Of a stretch of 64,000 nucleotides of DNA, positions 55,766-64,000 are shown in pieces; position 1 is the first letter of the stretch, and each line of letters begins with the position of its first letter. Source of the stretch: Eledone cirrhosa (taxonomy: Eukaryota); assembly GCA_964016885.1 (NCBI GenBank), contig OZ024740.1, forward strand, positions 218,612,001 through 218,676,000, given 5' to 3'. The translations under genes and the position numbers were made by a program. Below the pieces are notes generated by a model that saw only the letters and a list, made by a program, of their open reading frames with translations, did no database searches and was not told where the DNA came from.

Positions 55766-56979
55766 CTACCATCTTTTCATTATTCAGCTGATGTTTGGAG
55801 AATATCATAACAAAGGTTCTTACATATAGTTTTGAGGGGATATTTTTAGATAAAATATAAACACTTAATATGAATAGTTCTGTATAGAAATCAAGTCAAA
55901 GGGTTGAGAGGATACTTCAGTCATGATATAACAGTCTCTCTAGTGTTGGTGCCACAGAAAATGTACCCAGTACACTCTGTAAGGTGGTAGGGGATAGAAA
56001 CCTTACCAAACAAAGAGTCCAGAGAACTCTTCAGTTGTATCAATGGCATGATAACCTCTCTAGTGTTGGTCATATGATCAGATTCTCCCAGTACCCTCTG
56101 CAAACTGTTTAGTGATAGGAAGGGCATCTAGCCATAGAAAGATTGTCAAACAAAGATTTCGGAGGACTCTTCAGATGTGTCAGAGACATGACAACCTCCT
56201 TAGTGCTGGCACCATGAAAATGTACTCGGGACACTCTGTAGAGAGAAAGAAAGGGAGTGTGGGAATATATGAAAGTGGGATGTGGTTTCTAGCCCATCTG
56301 AAAGGTCAGTAGTTTTGATCATGTATTGACTTAGCCCATGACAACTCATCCAACTTTTGCTAGCTCGGAGAACACGTTAAATGATGATAATGATGTAGAA
56401 CAAGGAGTAATTTCAGACTGGTTGGTATCTAAAGAGTTAAATATGAATCTAATGTCTAGAAATTCCCTCTTATCGAACTATGACTTCAAGTAGATATATA
56501 TTTATATTTGTTAAATAAGATCTGAGACAGAGCCCATTGCTAGGGGGACACTGGATTACACTACCCACTACTTTTCAAGGTTTATGTAAAAGCATGTGAC
56601 CTAGTAGTTAGGGTGGTGGATGTATGATCATAATGTCAGGGTTTGATTCATAGACCAGGTTGTGTGTTGCGTTTTTGAGCAAAACACCTAATTTCTTGTT
56701 GCTCCAGTATACTCAGCTGAAAATGAGTTCCAGCCAATATCTTGGGATTTAACCCTGCAATGGACTGGTGTCCTGTCCAAGAGGAAGTTTTGTACTCAGT
56801 CACTTAACACCAGGAAAACTAATGAGCCTCCAGGCTTGAGACAGACTTTAGATTTAGAAACTTTTATGGTGATATGCTTATTCTAAAACTCCATTTTACA
56901 ATTATTGTGAATTGGAGTGCCCATCCAGAATCTTCCGAACCATCCTTCCTCTCTTGAGCACCAAAGTCTGATGAGGGGC

Positions 56980-57315
56980 CTGGGTGAGACTGGAGAGATC
57001 TATGCCATTTATGTTCTGTTTACATGTCCACTCTTTTTGAAAGGCAAGAGTAGGGAGGAAGTTTCAGAGGTCCAACATTATGGGTTGGAAGGACTAGGTG
57101 TAGCAGTTAGTGCCAGGTCTGAGGAGTGAGGGATGTATACGACATGGATGATGAGAGGAGGATGGACATATGAGTTAGGAATATCAGAATTGGGGTGGCA
57201 TGAGACTAGCAAGTTTTAAAAAACAGAATCCATTGAAGTATTGGTAGAAAAGGCAGAGGGAGGAGACAACGCAACTAATGACTAGAATCGGGAAATTTGT
57301 CAATGAGTTATTTTA
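56980..57315 (-). mobile_element. Degenerate CR1/L2-like LINE 3' fragment
   Basis: Peptide remnant VVSSLCLFYQYFNG..LASLMPP. Confidence 0.5.
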
Positions 57316-57631
57316 AACCAATTAACTGAGTGGCTTTTTTTCTGGAGTGGTCTAGTGGTAAGTGTGTTGGATTTACGATCATAATGTCATAGGTTCAATT
57401 ATTGGGCTGTGTTCTTGAGCAAAACACTTCATTTCACATTGCTCCAGTATACTCAGCTGGTATCATGTTCAGTGGGGAAGTCTTGTACTCTCAGTTGCTT
57501 AATGCCATGGAAACCAGGATAAGCACTGGCCTGATGAGCCTCTTGGCTTGAGACAAACTTTTAGGTCCATGATGTTTCTTTTATAGGTATAACACAGTAA
57601 ACAAGCACAGATCGAAGGATTCATATACTGT

Positions 57632-57848
57632 TTAACCCTTTAGAATTTACGTTATTCTATAGTTACTATTATATTTTCACGGTAAAGGGTTTACCTCATA
57701 ATTATCTCACATAATATCGAATCTATGAGATTTTCATATTATTTATTTTGAAAACAATACCTTAACATCAGTATGAGTGGCCGGTTGCAGCCAGTTTGAA
57801 CAGAAAGATGTAAGAGAATTTTGGCCGGTTTAAATGCTAAAGGGCTAA
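57632..57848. mobile_element. TTAA-flanked MITE (piggyBac-like)
   Basis: Same family as 14534 and 29197. Confidence 0.8.
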
Positions 57849-58266
57849 AGAGTCAATATAATATTTGTTATTACTAGCTACTTTGAAGTTTTTCCAAAAC
57901 TATTTTCAAATTATACATTCATTTAGAAGGCATTAATCAGCACATGGCTAGAATAGAAGATTCTTGCCGAAGGTACCATTCAGTGGATTAGAACCCAAGA
58001 TCATATGGCTGGAAAGCAAATTTGTTAACCACACAGCCATGCTTGCACCTATAGTACATGTTTGTGCCTATTGCCCACCCCTGCATCTATAGTCCATCCA
58101 TGTGCTGTGCCTATAGACCATGCCAATACCTATACAATCTTTGCACTCTTTTTCTTTTAATCAAGACATTTTCTTTTAATCAAGACAAACTCTATGTAAG
58201 AAAATTAGTATTAATCTAAAGTCATTTGGAATGAGAACAAGTCTTTCTGCATTGATTGATTGATTT

Positions 58267-58305
58267 TGGTGGTGGTGGTGGTGGTGGTGCTGCTGCTGCT
58301 GCTGC

Positions 58306-58342
<37 letters not shown>

Positions 58343-58365
58343 GCTGCTGCTGCTGCTGCTGCTGG

Positions 58366-58414
<49 letters not shown>

Positions 58415-58426
58415 GGTGGTGGTGAT
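58267..58426. repeat. Compound GGT/GCT/GTT array
   Basis: Direct observation. Confidence 0.95.
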
Positions 58427-59082
58427 GTTTCTTTAGCTCCACACCTGCTCTGATTGAATTGCATATCACCATAATTAATGGCATTCCAACTGTGACCTTC
58501 CCATCTTATTTTTAGATATTGTATACCTAGGACTACATTATCCAATATGTCCTCCCTTTGCTTAAGATGGTAGGGTATAATTTAAGAGTGATTCGACTAC
58601 TATTTCTAGCATGTCGTACGACCACTTAGAAGAGGTCTCATTCTTTAGTAATGTGTGCATGAGGGAGACTATTAAAGAGAAGAGAAATATAGTGTGAATG
58701 TGTGAGGGAGAGAGAGACACAGGTAGACATGGTGACAGACATACACAGAAAAACGAAGCATGAGAATGTGACAGAGATAAGAGAAAATAGGGAGGGACAA
58801 ACAGATGGCTAGATTGACAGAGAGAGAGAGTGTATGTATGTATGTATGTATGTATGTGTGTGTGTGTGTGAGGGAGAGAGACAGAGACTAACAGACAAGT
58901 AGAGTTAAAGTGTGCTTGTGTGAGTGAGAGAAAAAGGAAGATGAAGCCATAATTTAATTCTTGAGATTTGGAGCTATGTAAATCAGCTTCAAGAAATATC
59001 ACATCTTGGAATGTTAAATAATCAGACTGTAAAACCTTAGAAGTTTGGAAGCAGCAAATGTTGAGGACAGCTTGTTGTTCTC

Positions 59083-59118
59083 ATATATATACACACATAC
59101 ACACACACATATATATAC

Positions 59119-59150
<32 letters not shown>

Positions 59151-59159
59151 TTGTGTGTG

Positions 59160-59235
<76 letters not shown>

Positions 59236-59323
59236 TGCATATATATATACACACACCCATATATATATATATGCATGCATATATATATACACACACACAC
59301 ATATATATATATATGTGTGTGTG

Positions 59324-59374
<51 letters not shown>

Positions 59375-59383
59375 TGCATATAT

Positions 59384-59441
<58 letters not shown>

Positions 59442-59454
59442 ATATATATATATA

Positions 59455-59485
<31 letters not shown>

Positions 59486-59538
59486 GTGTGTGTGTATATA
59501 GATATATGTGTGTGTGTGTGTATATATATGTGTGTGTG

Positions 59539-59569
<31 letters not shown>

Positions 59570-59648
59570 ATATATATGTGTGTGTGTATGTGTATGTGTA
59601 TATACATACATGCATATATATGTGTGTGTGTATGTATGCATATTATAT
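59083..59648. repeat. Compound TA/TG/CA microsatellite
   Basis: Direct observation. Confidence 0.95.
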
Positions 59649-59747
59649 AAAGAAAGAGAGAGACGGGGAGAAAAAGGGAGATACAATTGCACACATAATG
59701 CCAATGCATCAAATTGTGAGAATTATGACAATAGTTATATAATGTCA

Positions 59748-61205
59748 CTAACAGAATGGCCCGGCGTTGCTCGGGCTTCTAAACATAGATTGGCATGTTT
59801 ATCCCTCCTTTCTGATACAGTACAGAGAAGTACGGAATACCTTGGCTTGGGGATGGTGTCTACATTTTGTGCTTAGACAAATAAGTTTCCATTAAGATTT
59901 TTCAAAAGCATATAATTGCATTCTCTCTCTTTTTTGTTGTTTTTGCTGCTGTTGGTGTGATAGCAACCGTTGGTCGTACTACTAACACAGTCTCGTCCTT
60001 CTTCAGCCAATCGTGTATATCCCCTTTTGCCTCATCTACCTAAACAATGATTGTAGCACCTCCTTGTACACAATGTTCCTTGTTCTTCCGTGTCGGGCGT
60101 ATGCAAAGAGATTTGTCTTGCTTCCCACTCTTGAGCAGCCAACGTATAGTTGCCCTTGTGAAAAACATGACTCTTCCAAAAGAAGACCAGCAATAGCTAG
60201 GGTCTGACCCTGGGATTTGTTGATAGACATTGCAAAGCTGACATGGTTTGGTGAATGGTTTGTTGGTTGTCTGTTTCAAGTGCTCTTCTGGTGGCAGTAC
60301 GTTCAGTATCTTGTGACCGTTGAATAGCAGATTCCACTGACGATTCGTTTGCCCGCCTTGTTCCTTTTCTTGCCGCTTTCGCAGTATTTCGGCCAATGGA
60401 GTATCTCTTCCTTCGAGGCATGACCTAAAAGCAGGACGAAGTACACTAAGACTAACTGGTAGAGTAAGGAGTAAACTCGTCAGTGATGCATGTGATTTCC
60501 GAACCGTTGACTATGTAATTGCTGGCTTTGTGCCAAAAGTAGTGGGATTTTTTGGGTGGCATATCGGCAGTAACAATGATAAGCCATCTGTACTTTCGTG
60601 AAATAAATACATTTGTTTATATTTTGTTTTTGTGTATGCAAAAATATCTGTACACGAATATATAATTGTAAATATATATATATTAAAATAACAGATTAAA
60701 GTTTAAGCAAAGAATCGCTGCTTTCACCCTTAACGGGATCTTCTGAAACTAAAAAAATCAATCTGTGAACACAGAAGTAAATATTTCGAAAAACGTTGCA
60801 ACCGAAGGAAAGCAGGAAGACGATACTTTGGTCCGTGAAGACGTTCCCTGGCAATGAACGGAAAATAGCGAAGATAATACGTCAGCAATGAGAACAATTT
60901 TTGTCATAATGTTGTAATGCAGACAGCCAGACATACAGGCAGATATTATAAGAGCGCGACGTTATAGCTATGTATCTATCTAAAAAGTCAGACTAAGAAA
61001 GAGAGAGAGATCGCTAACTAGTGCCTAACACCCCTTTAACAACAGAAAATTGAAAAATAAAAGCTGCAGTTAATATCTTTAGACCGCAAGGAATATATAA
61101 ATGCAAGTTTGAAGTCAATCGGAGTAGAAATGTGGATTTGTATAGACTTTGCAAAAATTAGGGGACACACACACAGACAATTTCAGTTTTATATATATGT
61201 ATAGA
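59748..61205 (-). mobile_element. Internally deleted Helitron
   Basis: 5' A|TC, 3' GCCCGAGCAACGCCGGGC hairpin + TTAG|T; carries Pif1-helicase remnant. Confidence 0.88.
60036..60421 (-). pseudogene. RepHel remnant: basic N-terminus joined to Pif1 helicase C-terminus
   Basis: AMSINKSQGQTL..CFSQGQLYVGCSRVG (Pif1 C-terminal motifs) directly after MPRRKRYSIGR.. segment. Confidence 0.85.
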
Positions 61206-61737
61206 TAGCAGTTTAAAATACCTTATTCATGTAAGAGGAGCAGATAATCTAACTTTTTCTGTTGTCACGCATTTTGAAATTAGAATTTCTAATTTCAAAC
61301 TTCTCTGGAAAATTCATTTTCTATTTTAAATGCGATTTCTTAGAATTTATTTCTAAACGTATGGAAGCCAATTTAGTTGGTGTAGTTTTACAAGGTCATC
61401 CATATGTGATAGCAATTTTAAAAACAAAGATTATTTATTTATATTTTGTCTAAAAATCTATCTTATAATTGGAAATTATTTCGTTTGTTTTTTTTCCAGT
61501 TTAAGATAAATTTTACTTTATTCCTATTGTTACCATATTTCTAATAAAAGATGTTGCAACTGATTTTCGATAATTTTAGAAAATAATCAAGAATTTGAAA
61601 GGAGTTAGTAATGTAACTAACTTTCTCATTATTAAGCAGGTGTTTGGAGCATAACATAATAAAAGGTTTTTGCATAGAATCCTGTAGAAAGATTTCTAGA
61701 TAAATATAAACACTTTAAAACAATGTTTTGTATCATA

Positions 61738-62087
61738 GAAGGCACATGGCTTAGTGGTTAGAGCATTGGCCTTGCAATCGAAAGGTTGTGAGTTCAATTC
61801 TCAGACCGGGTGATCTGTTGTTTCCTTGAGCAAGACACTTTATTTCACATTGCTCCAGTTTACTCAGCTGTAGAAATGAGTGGAATGATAGGGACCCCAG
61901 TCCCTATCATTCCACTGTGAAGTGGTTGTGGAGGTGCCACGGCAAAAAAGCACCCAGCACTCACTGTAAATGAGGTTGGTGTTAGGAAGGGCATCCAGCT
62001 GTAGAAATCAAGCCAGGATCAGTTCCCGTCCCACCCTTGCAAGCAGGGAAAAGTGGACGTAAAATGAAATGATGATGAATGATGATG
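61738..62087 (+). mobile_element. SINE family B
   Basis: Matches 48083-48440. Confidence 0.88.
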
Positions 62088-62133
62088 AACCAGTGGTAGT
62101 TTCATGTAGTTTGGTATTAACCCTTTAGCATTT

Positions 62134-64000
62134 ACATCACTGACGCTGATAAGAAGGTAGCTTGGAAGTGTCACTACGAAAGGCTACTAAATGAGGAGAA
62201 TAAATGGGAGAAAGACAGTCTCCCCCACATCGACCAGCAGTATTAGTCGAAGGTAGTATAATAAGTAAGGCAATCAAAGATATGAAGACGGCTGGGCCTT
62301 CGGAAATAGTTGCTGAAATGCTGAAAGCCTCTGGAATGGTGGGACACACCATGGTCACCGGGATAGTAAACCAAGTCATACAGAATTGGGTTGTTCCATC
62401 ATCATTAACTGCTACAAGGGTAAAGGAGATGCCCTAGATAGGAGTAACTATAGAGGCATTAAATTAATCGACCAGGTCATGAAGGTCACGGAAAAAGTAA
62501 TAGCCCAACTAATCAGAGAGAGAATTGATCTAGAAATGCAGTTCGGGTTTGTGTCAGGCAAAAGTACCATAGACGCTCTTTTCATTGTACGACAACTACA
62601 GGAGAAGTACCTAGCTAAAAGTAAACCCCTATACTTAGCTTTTGTCGACTTGGAGAAAGCCTTCAACAGAGTCCCCCGTTCCATTATCTGGTGGGCTCTT
62701 AGAAAACTAGGTGTTGATGAATGGCTTGTGAGAGCTATACAAGCCATGTATAAAGAAACAGTCAGCAAGGTTAGAATTAACAATGAATATAGTGAAGAGT
62801 TTAGCGTAAAAGTTGGCGTTCATCAGGGCTTCGTTCTATTTATTATTGCCCTTCAGGCTATAACAGTGGAGTTCAAGACCGGCTGCCCATGGGAACTCCT
62901 ATACGCAGATGATCTAACGCTCATAGCTGAATCAATGGCCGAACTAGAGAAGAAATTCCAAACATGGAAGCATGGCCTAGAATCAAAAGGCCTTAAAATT
63001 AACCTGCCTAAGACTAAAGTTCTAGTTTGTAGGAAGGAAAATAGGGCGCCGGTCCCATCCGGGAAATGGCCATGCTCAGTGTGTAGGAAAGGAGTAGGTA
63101 GAAACTCCATTTTATGTCCCAAATGCAAAGTATGGGTGCATAAAAGATGTAGTGGGATCACAGGTAAGCTAACTAAGAACATAGATTTTACATGTGGCCG
63201 GTGCTCTGGTGCAATAAGTAACAGCAAGTGCTCACAGAATACTAGCTCTTTCAATTGCACAGAGGGTTCTATAGAAATAGTGGACAGCTTCCGTTACCTG
63301 GGTGACAAAATCAGCAGTGGGGGAGGGTGCTCTGAAAGTACAGTAGCTAGAGTCAGAACTGGATGGAAAAAGTTCAGAGAGCTTATACGACTATTTGCCG
63401 CTAAAGGGTTCTCCCTAAAAATGAAAGGCAGGCTGTATGATGCCTGCATACGAACAGCAATGTTGCATGGCAGTGAGACCTGGGCATTGTGTGCAGAGGA
63501 TATACGCAGACTAGAGAGGAACGAAGCTTGCATGCTCCGCTGGATGTGTAATAGTAATATACGTGAACGGCAAAGCATTAACGAACTAAGGGAAAAATTA
63601 GAAATAAGAGGAATCAGATGTTGTTTACTCGAGAGAAGGCTACATTGGTATGGTCACGTGATGCGCATGAAAGACGACAGCTGTATAAAAAAGTGCAGGG
63701 CAATAAAAATAGACGGTAGCCACGGAGTAGGCAGACCCAGAAAAACCTGGGACGACTTGATAAATTCCGACCTCACACACTTACACCTCTCCAAGACAAT
63801 GTCACTGGACCGAGATCTTTGGCGGTACACAGTAATAGAGAAGACCCGCCTTACCTAAATACAAAGTAAAACCTACTACAGTCATTAGCCACCTCTAACA
63901 AAATACACCCCCGTCCCATTACCCCCACCCCATCCACATCGCCCCTTTCAATGTAAAGTTATGTTGGTACCACAACATCCAGGCTGAAACAAATGAGGTC
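62134..64000 (+). mobile_element. 5'-truncated RTE LINE, same family as 42616-46346, running off the window end
   Basis: Near-identical RT and 3' UTR; begins inside a TTAA MITE left end (62117). Confidence 0.95.
62386..63858 (+). CDS. RTE reverse transcriptase, 490-aa open frame of a truncated copy
   Basis: YRGIKL, QFGF, DLEKAF, LLYADDL, Cys/His cluster CSVC..CPKCKVWVHKRC..CGRC, FRYLG, GRPRKTW; small deletions relative to the sister copy. Confidence 0.88.
   Translation: MGCSIIINCYKGKGDALDRSNYRGIKLIDQVMKVTEKVIAQLIRERIDLEMQFGFVSGKSTIDALFIVRQLQEKYLAKSKPLYLAFVDLEKAFNRVPRSIIWWALRKLGVDEWLVRAIQAMYKETVSKVRINNEYSEEFSVKVGVHQGFVLFIIALQAITVEFKTGCPWELLYADDLTLIAESMAELEKKFQTWKHGLESKGLKINLPKTKVLVCRKENRAPVPSGKWPCSVCRKGVGRNSILCPKCKVWVHKRCSGITGKLTKNIDFTCGRCSGAISNSKCSQNTSSFNCTEGSIEIVDSFRYLGDKISSGGGCSESTVARVRTGWKKFRELIRLFAAKGFSLKMKGRLYDACIRTAMLHGSETWALCAEDIRRLERNEACMLRWMCNSNIRERQSINELREKLEIRGIRCCLLERRLHWYGHVMRMKDDSCIKKCRAIKIDGSHGVGRPRKTWDDLINSDLTHLHLSKTMSLDRDLWRYTVIEKTRLT

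Noticed and set aside
60036-60230. Host PIF1 exon
   Set aside because: Lies inside Helitron termini and is fused to a deleted RepHel N-terminus

Overview
Eukaryotic, AT-rich, almost entirely repeat-derived DNA; the repeat content suggests a coleoid cephalopod (octopod) genome, which is an inference. No convincing host gene is present, and nearly all listed ORFs are microsatellite artefacts. Recognisable elements are: one near-full-length RTE-clade LINE (42.6-46.3 kb, minus), a 5'-truncated sister copy (62.1-64 kb, plus) and many RTE 3' fragments; several tRNA-derived SINE families; an internally deleted hAT (Buster/Charlie-type) transposon with an 8-bp TSD; two non-autonomous Helitrons; TTAA-flanked MITEs; 3' fragments of other LINEs; and large (TA)n and trinucleotide arrays. 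The main hidden signal lies in short unique-looking islands in or beside (TA)n tracts. Six carry complete or near-complete type I hammerhead ribozyme folds (1321, 2201, 36788, 49415, 49744, 52343), mostly with short palindromic stem III, and several more are degenerate. The islands differ in sequence and often show inverted or partial-tandem architecture like Penelope-like pseudo-LTRs or retrozymes, yet no Penelope ORF is in the window. Separately, more than a dozen local inverted duplications abut (TA)n tracts, at least one formed after a SINE insertion. All folds and alignments were read by eye; none were computed.
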